A DNA stretch of 64,000 nt, taken from an uncultured Acidobacteriota bacterium (GTDB lineage Bacteria > Acidobacteriota > Thermoanaerobaculia > Multivoradales > JAHEKO01). The stretch lies in contig CAVQNG010000001.1 of assembly GCA_963713825.1 (NCBI GenBank), positions 350,272 through 414,271 of the forward strand, read 5' to 3'. Every line of letters begins with the position of its first letter. Positions within the stretch are counted from its first letter, which is position 1. This document shows positions 1-9,222 of the stretch, in pieces. The notes beneath the pieces are model-generated. The model was not told the origin of the DNA and searched no databases. It saw only the letters and a list, made by a program, of their open reading frames with translations. The position numbers and the translations under genes are program-made.

Positions 1-1071
1 GAGTCCAACCGGCTTCTCTAGAACTCTAACTAGGAGGGGCGGGTTGAAGAAGCCGGCGCCATCACCCAACAGGTTCCCCATTCGATTGGTTTCGAGGTTC
101 GTGAGTGTTAGATCGACGGAGCCATTGAGGTCGAGGTCCTTGGCAATCAAGGCTCTGGGATTACCTGTGTCGTTGATCGGGTGGTTCTCATCGGTTCTGA
201 AATGTTCGGGTGCGCCAAACTGGCCAGCGCCGAGATTCATGAACGTGGTAGCGAAATCTCCTGCCGGCCCCGTCGTCACCACCGCAACATCGACCTTCTG
301 GTCACCGTCGAGGTCACCTGCTGCAACGCCCCCGCTCGGGCTCAAGTCGGTGCCAACAGCGAGACTCGAATCGAGTCCGAGGATGCCGCTGCCGTCGTTG
401 AGGAGGATATCGACCATACCGGTGTCGCTGCTGGCGACGGCAAGGTCCAAGCTACCTTCGCCGTCGAAGTCGGACAACGCCAGTCCCCGTGGACCCGAGC
501 CAACGGCGTATGCAACCCCAGAGGACAACACTCCCGTGGTGTTGAACAAGACTGAGACGTCGGAGGAACCTCGATTCGAGGTTACGATATCCACAAAGCC
601 ATTGCCGTCGATGTCTCCCGCTGCGATGTCACTTGGCAGAGTACCTCCCACTCCGGTGGTTGCTCCGAGCGACAGAACGCCACCAGTATTCGTCAGGACT
701 TGCACGTCGTTCATCCCCGTCAGCGTGACCACGAGATCGAGGTCCTCGTCGTTGTCGATATCGACAGCTACGACAGAATGCGGTGCACTACCTCCGGCTA
801 GTGGGATGTCGAGGGCTGGATCGAATTGTGCGCCCGCCCTGGAGTTCATCAGAATGGCGAGTTTGTCATCACCTTGAACCGCGACCGCAATATCGGTCCA
901 TCGGTCGGCGTCGAAATCAGCGAGGGCCACGCCGGTTGGATTGGAACCTGCTGCAAAATAGTAGGGGCTGCACCAGCGTCCGGAGCAAAGGACCGGAGTG
1001 GATTGGGCAGCTCCGCCCAGGAATGCTGCTGATGCCGTGATTCCGACTGCAAGTGCTACCGATAGCTTCAT
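1..1071 (-). CDS. Secreted FG-GAP/VCBS-repeat (beta-propeller-like) protein, 3' end outside window
   Basis: Absent from the ORF track because its stop is off-window. Manual translation from ATG 1071 (RBS AAGGAG): MKLSVALAVGITASAAFLGG signal, then repeats GSNPTGVALADFDADRWTDIAV and GSAPHSVVAVDIDNDEDLDLVV. The frame still reads open at positions 60-1. Confidence 0.85.
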   Translation of the reverse strand, partial: MKLSVALAVGITASAAFLGGAAQSTPVLCSGRWCSPYYFAAGSNPTGVALADFDADRWTDIAVAVQGDDKLAILMNSRAGAQFDPALDIPLAGGSAPHSVVAVDIDNDEDLDLVVTLTGMNDVQVLTNTGGVLSLGATTGVGGTLPSDIAAGDIDGNGFVDIVTSNRGSSDVSVLFNTTGVLSSGVAYAVGSGPRGLALSDFDGEGSLDLAVASSDTGMVDILLNDGSGILGLDSSLAVGTDLSPSGGVAAGDLDGDQKVDVAVVTTGPAGDFATTFMNLGAGQFGAPEHFRTDENHPINDTGNPRALIAKDLDLNGSVDLTLTNLETNRMGNLLGDGAGFFNPPLLVRVLEKPVGL

Positions 1072-1237
1072 CGAGATACTCCTTCTTGGTCTGATCCTGG
1101 CGAGTTGGCTGCCTCGAGGTGATTCTGCTCGGCGAGACTACACCAGAACGACCTGTAATCGGGTGATCAGGATTTGCGAAGGTGGCTCAAGGAGGCGAGT
1201 TCCGAGATAGAATCGAGCTGGCGAAAGGAGGCTCCGA

Positions 1238-1924
1238 ATGCAACTCTCACGCCGTTGTTGGATCGTCTTGCTGGCTTTCCTGCTTGGACCCGTTCCTCTG
1301 ACATTGATCTCAACCGACTCTGCGCTTGCGCAGACCGAAGAACAGGAACTGATACCCGAGTTGGAGAACGAGTGGGATACCGGTTTCGAACGTTCGGATT
1401 CCGGCAACGTTGCACAAACTGCAAGGACCGAGTACGCGGCAGGCAGTCGGAATCTGACCCAGGCTAGAAAGCTCCGGAAACGGATTGCCGAGACCGACGA
1501 TCCGGAGAAGCGGGCCAAGCTCGAAGAGAAGATGGAGGCCACTTATGGGAGCGCGGCCAAGTCTTTTACCGAGGCGATCGGCTTCGCCCCGAAGATGTCG
1601 GAGGCCTATGCAGGTCTCGGTGAGACCTTGAGGGATTGGGGGAGGCTGGACCAATCGCTCGAGGTTTACGCGGCAGCTGTTCGGCGGTTCCCGGATGACC
1701 TCGAGAACTTCGAGGGCTGGGCGGAGACCCTGATGGAGTTGAACATGTTGGGCAATGCCACGAGCGCATACACGAGCTACGTCGATTCCAATCCGGACCG
1801 GGCCGCGATACTGCTGGAAGTGATGGAGGACTGGTTGAAACGCCGGCGGGCCGATCCTGGGGACCTAAGGCCCGAGGACGTCGAGAGATTGGCAGGATGG
1901 CTGCAGCAGCAGGGAGCCGGCTAG
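1238..1924 (+). CDS. Exported TPR-repeat protein
   Basis: Signal peptide; TPR-like helices (EAYAGLGETLRDWGRLDQSLEVY); GGAGG RBS. Confidence 0.75.
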   Translation: MQLSRRCWIVLLAFLLGPVPLTLISTDSALAQTEEQELIPELENEWDTGFERSDSGNVAQTARTEYAAGSRNLTQARKLRKRIAETDDPEKRAKLEEKMEATYGSAAKSFTEAIGFAPKMSEAYAGLGETLRDWGRLDQSLEVYAAAVRRFPDDLENFEGWAETLMELNMLGNATSAYTSYVDSNPDRAAILLEVMEDWLKRRRADPGDLRPEDVERLAGWLQQQGAG

Positions 1925-1955
1925 ATCCGCCTCAAGGGTAGGGTGTAGAAAATGC

Positions 1956-1984
1956 GTGACAAACAGGACGATTCCTGCTAACCT
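1956..1984 (+). promoter_or_regulatory. Sigma70-type promoter GTGACA-17-TAACCT with extended -10 TG
   Basis: -35 at 1956-1961, -10 at 1979-1984, 17-nt spacer. Confidence 0.55.
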
Positions 1985-2038
1985 AAGGGCGAAATGGCGG
2001 ATCTAAGTTGATCTGCCGAGGCGGCTAGGGCAACGAAC

Positions 2039-2074
2039 AAAAGGACCTGAAGCAGGCTTTGGTCCTTTTTTTTT
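2039..2074 (+). terminator. Intrinsic terminator upstream of cspA (ends a leader RNA or sRNA)
   Basis: AAAAGGACC...GGTCC followed by a 9-T run. Confidence 0.7.
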
Positions 2075-2219
2075 GTGCCTTCGGCAGCCAGCGTTTCGAG
2101 CCGGCAATTGGAGTCGACATCGAAGCGATCCAATACTAGGCGGCACGTGCCCGCAAGGAAATGGGCGCCGGTTTGCACGGACTCTCGGGATTACCGGCTC
2201 CAGTTAGTAGGAGAAGTAG

Positions 2220-2432
2220 ATGAGCGTTACAGGAATCGTAAAGTGGTTCAACGACACCAAGGGCTTCGGCTTCATTACTCCGGATGACGGGTCGAAGGAC
2301 TGCTTCGTCCACCATACCGCGATCCAGGGAAGTGGCTTCAAGTCGCTTTCCGAGGGCGATCGGGTGCAGTTCGACGTTGTCCAGGGCCAGAAGGGCCCGG
2401 CAGCCGAGAACGTGGTCAAGATGGACGCCTAA
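2220..2432 (+). CDS. cspA: Cold-shock protein
   Basis: [13 protein letters not shown] (RNP1) and CFVHHTAI (RNP2); AGGAG RBS. Confidence 0.97.
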   Translation: MSVTGIVKWFNDTKGFGFITPDDGSKDCFVHHTAIQGSGFKSLSEGDRVQFDVVQGQKGPAAENVVKMDA

Positions 2433-2462
2433 TTGACCTGCGCCTGAGGCGCGAAGGTTCAA

Positions 2463-2501
2463 GGGCCGCTCCGATTCGTCGGGGCGGCCCGTTTTCTTTT
2501 G
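2463..2501 (+). terminator. Intrinsic terminator of cspA
   Basis: GGGCCGCTCCGA-TTCG-TCGGGGCGGCCC followed by GTTTTCTTTT. Confidence 0.85.
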
Positions 2502-2528
2502 TTCTCGATGCAGGTTGAGTGATCTGCG

Positions 2529-3176
2529 ATGCAAAGGCCATCACCGGGTCGGAAAGAGCCGAGCTCTCTGATGAGCGCGGGCCAGACCCTTCTCATGAGG
2601 GTGGTAACCACCTTCTACAGGCGAATGGTCCTGGTCGAGAGAGAGCTCTCTCCTCCGCCTCCAACGCCGGTCGTGCCATTCCCGGTAGAGATCGGTGGCC
2701 TGAAGCTCTCGACGGACTTGGCTGGTTTAGAGGGCTTCCGTCCGGCTCTTTCCAGAAGGTCTATTCTGGAACGATTGCAGAAGGGCCACAGCTGTTTCGC
2801 GGTCTGGCTCGACGGAAGAATCGTTCATACCGCATGGGTAGCGGTCCAACGGGCAAGAGTCGAGTATCTGTCGAGAGACATAGTCCTCGAGAAGGACGAC
2901 ATCTATATCTTCGACACGTACACCACTGCCGAATTCAGGAACCTGCACTTGGCCCAGTCTCGGGCCGCCTTTGTGTCGAAGTACTACTCAGCGCGCGGGT
3001 TTCGGCGCTCGTTGGGACTGGTCGCCGTAGAGAACAAGGCGGGGCTCGCCGTACCCGAAGTTCTCGGATACCGTCGCATCGGCTCCTACAGCGCTCTTGG
3101 TGTGAGAGGCTGTTGCCGCACCTGGAGCGAGCCCTGCCTGGGAGAGAAGATCCCCCCACTCGTCAGAATGACCTGA
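2529..3176 (+). CDS. GNAT-family acetyltransferase-like protein
   Basis: DIYIFDTYTTAEFRNLHLA (motif A-like), ENKAGL..LGY; start may be 2571. Confidence 0.65.
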   Translation: MQRPSPGRKEPSSLMSAGQTLLMRVVTTFYRRMVLVERELSPPPPTPVVPFPVEIGGLKLSTDLAGLEGFRPALSRRSILERLQKGHSCFAVWLDGRIVHTAWVAVQRARVEYLSRDIVLEKDDIYIFDTYTTAEFRNLHLAQSRAAFVSKYYSARGFRRSLGLVAVENKAGLAVPEVLGYRRIGSYSALGVRGCCRTWSEPCLGEKIPPLVRMT

Positions 3177-3203
3177 AATCACTGCCGTCAGCCGCGTTCA
3201 CAC

Positions 3204-4016
3204 TCAAGGCAGAGCGGCGATCCAGGAGCCGTCCTCGAGCCATTTCTTGCGTAGACCATCGAGGATTCCGGTGCCTTCGAAGGCCGCCAGGTAGTTCTCC
3301 AACAGGTTGCGCAATTGGGGATCCGAGGGCGAGAGGGCAATTCCAATCGGCTCGATCGACAGGGGCTCGGTAAGGGTAGCGAGGCCCCTGTCCGGGAAGC
3401 GGAGCATCGTCAGGATACAGATCGTCATGTCGGCAACCAGAGCATCCACCTCGTCATTGAGCACCATGTTCACCGCGGTGTCGTAGTCCTTCGTGGTCAC
3501 CAATTGGGCCTCTGGCATGACCAGTTTCACGAACTCCTCGCTGGTCGAGTTTCCCAGAGCCGCCAGCTTGAGGTCCGCGCGATTGATCTCTCCCGATTCC
3601 TGCGCCGCCGCCAGGGCCTTCGAATTCGTGAGGATCGACTTGCCGGAGAGCATATAGGGGCCGACGAACGTGGCATCGATGCTTCGTTCGGCGGTGATCG
3701 CCATTCCGGAAAGGACGATATCGACCTCTCCCGCCTTCAGGGTGGCCATGAGATCGGGGAAAGGCTTCTTGACGAACTCGGTCTTGACCCCCAGGGCATT
3801 GCCCAGGAGGTTCGCAAGATCGACTTCGAGGCCAAGAAGATCTCCTGTGCGGCCCGTCGCGTTCAGGGGCGGCTGGGCTCCGGAGAGACCGACGCGCAAC
3901 TCACCGTTCTTCACAATGCGCTCGAGCACAGGGGCGTCGGCAGCCATACCGACCCCGGCTGCGAGCGTCATCAATACAGCCATCAGGGCGATGGCAGACC
4001 ATTTCTTCATCCACAT
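3204..4016 (-). CDS. Amino-acid ABC-type substrate-binding protein (family 3)
   Basis: LRVGLSGAQPPL, GLEVDLA, DIVLSGMAITAER; signal peptide; AAGGAG RBS before ATG 4016. Confidence 0.9.
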   Translation of the reverse strand: MWMKKWSAIALMAVLMTLAAGVGMAADAPVLERIVKNGELRVGLSGAQPPLNATGRTGDLLGLEVDLANLLGNALGVKTEFVKKPFPDLMATLKAGEVDIVLSGMAITAERSIDATFVGPYMLSGKSILTNSKALAAAQESGEINRADLKLAALGNSTSEEFVKLVMPEAQLVTTKDYDTAVNMVLNDEVDALVADMTICILTMLRFPDRGLATLTEPLSIEPIGIALSPSDPQLRNLLENYLAAFEGTGILDGLRKKWLEDGSWIAALP

Positions 4017-4183
4017 GGGGTTGAGCTCCTTTCGCGACTCGCCCGTGATGGCGAGCATGCAGGTTGTCTAGAACCGCTCTTTGGCGCGTGCTTTAGAGAC
4101 GGTTTCGGTCGAGAAGGGCGTAGAAGAACCCCTGGTCGAAAGTCGGCACAGGGGCTTTGAGTGATTCCGAGCTGTTGCTACTT

Positions 4184-4462
4184 CTATGACCTGCCTTGGA
4201 GGCCTTCGATGTCGAGGCTTCTGGCTTTTTGAATGGCGAACTGCAGATCGTCGGCGACATCAGCCAGGGCCCGCCGCTCGCTTTCCCGGAGCTCGATGTG
4301 GCTCAGGATTCCACCGAGACGCCGAATAGCCTCTGCTGCGGCCTCGACGACTTCGTTGGCCATCCTCTCCGCAGCGAAGCTCGCTGCGTCGCCCCGGTGC
4401 TTGAGGTACTGGTCTGCCAACCGGTCGATTTCTTCCAGGTTCAGCTTTCGTTCGCTCATCAT
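4184..4462 (-). CDS. Small helical hypothetical protein
   Basis: Protein-like composition; upstream TTGACT-16-TATCGT promoter-like sequence (4552-4525). Confidence 0.6.
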   Translation of the reverse strand: MMSERKLNLEEIDRLADQYLKHRGDAASFAAERMANEVVEAAAEAIRRLGGILSHIELRESERRALADVADDLQFAIQKARSLDIEGLQGRS

Positions 4463-4623
4463 CGATTCCCCGCCCAGATACGAATTCCCCACGGGCCACC
4501 TTCAAGGCCCGAATTGCCTGCCTGACGATACCAAGAGATAGCAAAAAGTCAAAGTATCGCCTGAGCTTTTAATGCCAAAATGGCATAACCAGGAAGATTC
4601 GTATCAGCCTGGCTCCTGTCGGC

Positions 4624-5985
4624 TCAGAGCAGATTCTGTGACGAGACGATCTCCAGGGGACGGTTCTTCTTCCAGCTGCCGCGAGTGAAGTCGGGGAAGT
4701 CGACGGGCTTGCTGCGGTTCGCAACCGAGGTTTCCGTCAGTTCGCAGACGACGCTCCAAGCCGCTGCATCGTAGACATCCATATCGGTGGGGGTTCCCGA
4801 TCGAAGGGATTGAATGAGCCGAAAATCCTCGAGAAAGTCCATGCCCCCGTGTCCTGCTCCCTCCGCCGCCTTGGCCAGCTCGAGCCAGAGGGGATGCTCG
4901 AACTCGTCGCGATACGACTCCACTGTCTCCCAATCGTGCTCGGCAGATCGCCCCTCGACGTAGACCCGATCGGGGTAGCCAGTGACGGTACCTCGGGTCC
5001 CTTGGACGAGGTTGATCCTGCTGTACGGACGCGGGCTGGTCGTATCGTGTTGCAGGAGAATCGTTCGACCGAGCTTGGTTCGAATGAGACTCGAGTTCAT
5101 GTCACCCAGGGCGTAGTGTCGGCGTCGAGGATCCTCGGGGGTCAAGTGCTCGTCCGCATACAGGTCCAGGCCCCGCGCGTTGCTGCTCATCGATACCAGG
5201 AAGTCGAACTGGTCGCCACGATTGATGTCGAAGCACTGCGCGAGCGGTCCGAGGCCGTGCGTTGGGTAGAGGTTGCCATTGCGATCGATGGAGTGTTCCA
5301 GGCGCCAGAGACCTTCGTTCTTGTCGCTGAACTTGATGCTCCTGAGGTCATGGATATAGGCGCCTTCCGCGTGCAGCAGCTCGCCGAAGAGTCCCTGACG
5401 GACCATGTTGAGAATCATCATTTCTCGTTGCCCGTAACAGCAGTTCTCCATCATTACGCAGTGCCGCCGCGTCTTTTCTGCCACTTCCACAAGGCTCCAA
5501 CAGTCGTCGACGGTGTACGCCGCTGGCACTTCAACGGCAACGTGTTTCCCGGTCTTCATGGCTTCGACGCAGACCGGGACGTGCCATCGCCAGGGCGTTG
5601 CAGTGAACACCAGATCGATGTCGTCCCGTTCACAGAGTCGGCGGTAGTCAGTCTCGCCGCGGGTGTAGAGGTCGGGTGCGGCCTCGCCACTTTCGAGGAC
5701 CCATTCCCGAACTTCGCGGGCCCGGCTCTCATCGATGTCGCAGAGGGCCTTGACTTCGACTCCTTCGATCTTCAGGAAGTTGCGCACATGCCAGCCACCC
5801 TGCAGGCCGATGCCGACAAAGGCCATTCGAACGGTGTCCAGTGGTGGCGCCGAGAACCCGGTCGGAGGGCGGTAGTCCTCGCTCTGACCTTGGCCGCGAG
5901 CAGGACTCTGGAGACTGAGAGCAGCCGCGACGCCTGCCATGGTCGAAACCCTCATGAATTCTCGTCGATTCGTACCTTGGGTCAC
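4624..5985 (-). CDS. Tat-exported NAD-dependent glycoside hydrolase, GH109 (alpha-N-acetylgalactosaminidase-like; Gfo/Idh/MocA fold)
   Basis: NRREFM Tat motif; GIGLQG; AVEVPAA; MENCCY; YPTHGLGP; GHGGMD; GTG start at 5985 with AAGGAG. Confidence 0.9.
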   Translation of the reverse strand: MTQGTNRREFMRVSTMAGVAAALSLQSPARGQGQSEDYRPPTGFSAPPLDTVRMAFVGIGLQGGWHVRNFLKIEGVEVKALCDIDESRAREVREWVLESGEAAPDLYTRGETDYRRLCERDDIDLVFTATPWRWHVPVCVEAMKTGKHVAVEVPAAYTVDDCWSLVEVAEKTRRHCVMMENCCYGQREMMILNMVRQGLFGELLHAEGAYIHDLRSIKFSDKNEGLWRLEHSIDRNGNLYPTHGLGPLAQCFDINRGDQFDFLVSMSSNARGLDLYADEHLTPEDPRRRHYALGDMNSSLIRTKLGRTILLQHDTTSPRPYSRINLVQGTRGTVTGYPDRVYVEGRSAEHDWETVESYRDEFEHPLWLELAKAAEGAGHGGMDFLEDFRLIQSLRSGTPTDMDVYDAAAWSVVCELTETSVANRSKPVDFPDFTRGSWKKNRPLEIVSSQNLL

Positions 5986-6049
5986 GCGTTTCTCCTTTCC
6001 ATCATGAGCGTAGTCCTGCAATTGGAATCGAGGCTGCAAGGGAGGAGCA

Positions 6050-7855
6050 TCAAGAACCCTTCCCAGAGATCCTGCCCCAAGCACGAACGAGCAGAATGCC
6101 GGCTGCGGCGGCGACGGCCGCGAGTGCGGCGCTCAGGAGGTAGTTTCCGTAGATCCAGTGGCCTACCGCAAACAGGGCACTGTAGACGGCGAAGCAGCCC
6201 GCCAGCATGGCCATGACGCCGGTGGGAACATCCCACTCAGCCTCTCCGGCGGCGATCGGGTCACCCGCGGCGGCGGCACGCTCGATGACAGCCGTCCATC
6301 CTGGTCCGCCTGGCCTGGTCCGGCGATAGAAGGATCGCAGTTGCCTCTCATCCGTCGGTCGCGTCAGAAAAGTGACGCCCACCCAGGCTACAGTGGTCAA
6401 GGCGACGCCGATGAGCAGCTCCTGCCAGCTCTCGAGTGTCGGGCCGCCTGTTCGAGCCGCAGCTCTGTGTTGCAGGAAGAGCACCAGGGCGACGCTGAAG
6501 GAGACCACCATCGCGGCGAGCTCGCTCCAAGCGTTGATGCGCCACCAGAACCACCGAAGGATGAAGAGCAGGCCGGTTCCCGCTCCGATCTGCAGCAGGA
6601 TCTGAAAGGCCTGCAAGGCATTCTCGAGTTGAAGAGCGAGGCTGGCTGCCAGCAGCATCAGAATGACAGTCGAGATTCGACCTACCAGAACCAGTTCCCT
6701 CTCATCCGCGGCAGGACGCAGAAAGCGGCGATAGAAGTCGTTGACGACGTAGGAGGAGCCCCAGTTCAGGTGTGTCGAGATGGTTGACATGTAGGCGGCT
6801 GCCAGGGAGCCTACAACTACGCCCAGCAACCCGTGAGGGAGGAAGGTCAGCATGGCCGGATAGGCCAGATCGTGGCGCAGCACTTTGGGGTCGATATGCG
6901 GGAAGGCGGTGGCCAGGGATTCGAGATCCGGAAAGACGATGATGGAGGCAAGCGCCACGAGTATCCACGGCCAGGGCCGCAAGGCATAGTGAGCTACGTT
7001 GAAGAACAGGGTAGCGGCAGTGGCATGGCGCTCGTCCTTCGCCGCCAGCATCCGCTGCGCCACATACCCTCCACCGCCGGGCTCCGAGCCGGGATACCAG
7101 GCAGCCCACCACTGAACGGCGAGAGGAATGAGGAAGAACGGGACCACGAGGGCGGGATCGGAGAAGTCGGGGAGAAGCGACAGTTTGTCCGCCAACAGGT
7201 CGTTTTCGAGAAGACCTGCCAGGCCGCCGACTGCTGGATGACGGAGCGAATAGACAGCGGCTGCGATCGAGCCGGACATCGCGACCACAAAAAGCAGCGC
7301 ATCGGTCCAGAGAACTCCCCGCAACCCGCCAGCCGTGCTGAAAACAACTGTCACAACGAGGGCGATTCCGACAGTTTGAAGGGGCGACCAATGGAGCATC
7401 ACGCCACCGATCTTGATGGCGGCAAGGGTGACCGATGCCATGACCATGATGTTGAAGAAGACGCCCAGATAGATGGCCCTGAAGCCCCGGAGGAAGGCTG
7501 CCACCTTGCCGCTGTAGCGCAGCTCGTAGAACTCGATGTCGGTCATGACACCGGAACGGCGCCAGAGCTTGGCATACACGAAGGCAGTCAGCATTCCGGT
7601 CAGCAGGAATGCCCACCAAACCCAGTTGCTGGAGACCCCTCCAGTCCGTGTGAGGTCGGTGACGAGGTTGGGCGTGTCGGTGGAGAAGGTCGTTGCGACC
7701 ATGGACATACCCAGTAGCCACCAGGGCATGGACCGACCCGAGAGAAAGAACTCCGAGGAGCTTCGGCCGGCGCGGCGGGCTGCCAAAAGACCGACACCGA
7801 CGGTGAGGGCGAAGTAGCCGAGGATCAGCAGGATGTCGACGCGATTGAGGATCAT
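6050..7855 (-). CDS. Sodium:solute symporter (SSS family)
   Basis: FFLSGRSMPWW, SMVATTFSTDT, YVAQRMLAAK, AAYMSTIS; many TM helices. Confidence 0.92.
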   Translation of the reverse strand: MILNRVDILLILGYFALTVGVGLLAARRAGRSSSEFFLSGRSMPWWLLGMSMVATTFSTDTPNLVTDLTRTGGVSSNWVWWAFLLTGMLTAFVYAKLWRRSGVMTDIEFYELRYSGKVAAFLRGFRAIYLGVFFNIMVMASVTLAAIKIGGVMLHWSPLQTVGIALVVTVVFSTAGGLRGVLWTDALLFVVAMSGSIAAAVYSLRHPAVGGLAGLLENDLLADKLSLLPDFSDPALVVPFFLIPLAVQWWAAWYPGSEPGGGGYVAQRMLAAKDERHATAATLFFNVAHYALRPWPWILVALASIIVFPDLESLATAFPHIDPKVLRHDLAYPAMLTFLPHGLLGVVVGSLAAAYMSTISTHLNWGSSYVVNDFYRRFLRPAADERELVLVGRISTVILMLLAASLALQLENALQAFQILLQIGAGTGLLFILRWFWWRINAWSELAAMVVSFSVALVLFLQHRAAARTGGPTLESWQELLIGVALTTVAWVGVTFLTRPTDERQLRSFYRRTRPGGPGWTAVIERAAAAGDPIAAGEAEWDVPTGVMAMLAGCFAVYSALFAVGHWIYGNYLLSAALAAVAAAAGILLVRAWGRISGKGS

Positions 7856-9222
7856 GAGTCGGGAGTGATCTCCATTGCAGGGGCCCCTGCGTCCGTGAAA
7901 AAGAAGGTTGCGGAATCTCGGTGTTGGGGGAATTCGCGCCAGTAGGCTTCTCTAAAGTGATACTTGAACTTTTCGGCTTCGCCCCTGGGAACGAGAGCCC
8001 AGACCGCGCCGCCAAAGCCGGCACCAAAGGCCGAGGCAGCGACAGCGCCGAGCTGGCGAGCTTTGGTGGCCAGAAACGAAGTTTCAGCGATCTGATTCCC
8101 GAGTAAGGACTCGGCCAGATGCATCGATTCATCGATCCACTCTCCGAATCGTCCCAGGTCGTCGGCCTCCAGCGCTTTCGCGGCGCCCGGAACGATGACC
8201 TCGTTCTCCTGCTCGAAGTGCTGGAAGCGGGAGATCAGCTCGTCGACTGTGAAGTCGGAGTCCTCGAGATGCCCGCCGAGAGACCCGAATGTGTCTGCCG
8301 CCCCTCGATCCGCGGCCAAGATCGAGCCCAGGTCCGACAGGTTCCGGCCTGTAGCCTTTCTCCAGACTGCCGCGACGGCCCGAGATTGAAGCGACAGACG
8401 GTTGTACTCGGCCAGGGCAGAACCCGTCTTTTCGGCCTGGATACCGCTGGCCGCGATAACAAATACGAGATCCGTCGGCAATCTGATCGACCTCTCGAAT
8501 CGGACGGGCGAGTAGCTGTACTGGACAATGCGACCCTCCTGGCCACAGAGAATCGCGGTGTGATCCTCGCTTCCACCGAACGTACCGACGCCCACGGCCC
8601 CTGCGAGGGAACCGTGAGAGTACCCGTTCTCCACAGCACCAAGGTACCCAGCAAGCGCCTCGCGGGTGGGGATTGCCTGTCGAAAGGCTTTCCTGTCCTG
8701 CAGGCTGTTTACCCTGGCAAGAGCCAGGAATGCACCGACGACAAGGGCACTCGAGCTGCTGAGCCCGGCGGCCGCGGGCAGATTACTGATAAAGGACAGG
8801 TTTGCGCCGTGGGTCAGGCTGGGGAAATTCTGCTCCAGCCGGCGCGCCACCTCGACGAAGTAGGTTCGCCAGTCCTGCCGTCGATTCGTGGTCTGCTCAT
8901 CCAGAGACAGCTCGAAGCTCTGCTGAGAACGAGCGTCGACGACGAAGATGTTTCGGTCCCTCCTGGGAACCACGATCATTGCGATTCCCTGCTCCGTGGG
9001 AGCGATCAGGCTCCTGCCGCCGGCGTAGTCGGTGTGCTTTCCGGCGATCTCGATCCGGCCCGGTACCCAGATCAGATGAGCCTTGGAGCTCTCGGCAAGT
9101 CTGGACTGAAGGGCGGTTGCCGCCTGCTCGAAGAGAGGACCGCTGCCTTTCGACAGGGTTGGATGGGTCGAGGCGAGCCTCTCCGAACTGGTCAGGTCCT
9201 GCAGCTGCCACGAGCCGGTCAG
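7852..9222 (-). CDS. Galactokinase-like GHMP sugar kinase, probable CTG start
   Basis: PGRIEIAGKHTDY lies in frame upstream of the first ATG (8979); PAAAGLSSSSA; GAGFGG. CTG at 9222 overlaps the upstream TGA and follows GGAGG. Confidence 0.85.
   Translation of the reverse strand: MTGSWQLQDLTSSERLASTHPTLSKGSGPLFEQAATALQSRLAESSKAHLIWVPGRIEIAGKHTDYAGGRSLIAPTEQGIAMIVVPRRDRNIFVVDARSQQSFELSLDEQTTNRRQDWRTYFVEVARRLEQNFPSLTHGANLSFISNLPAAAGLSSSSALVVGAFLALARVNSLQDRKAFRQAIPTREALAGYLGAVENGYSHGSLAGAVGVGTFGGSEDHTAILCGQEGRIVQYSYSPVRFERSIRLPTDLVFVIAASGIQAEKTGSALAEYNRLSLQSRAVAAVWRKATGRNLSDLGSILAADRGAADTFGSLGGHLEDSDFTVDELISRFQHFEQENEVIVPGAAKALEADDLGRFGEWIDESMHLAESLLGNQIAETSFLATKARQLGAVAASAFGAGFGGAVWALVPRGEAEKFKYHFREAYWREFPQHRDSATFFFTDAGAPAMEITPDS

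Noticed and set aside
44-877. 277-aa plus-strand ORF
   Set aside because: Ser/Pro-rich antisense shadow of the minus-strand VCBS-repeat gene
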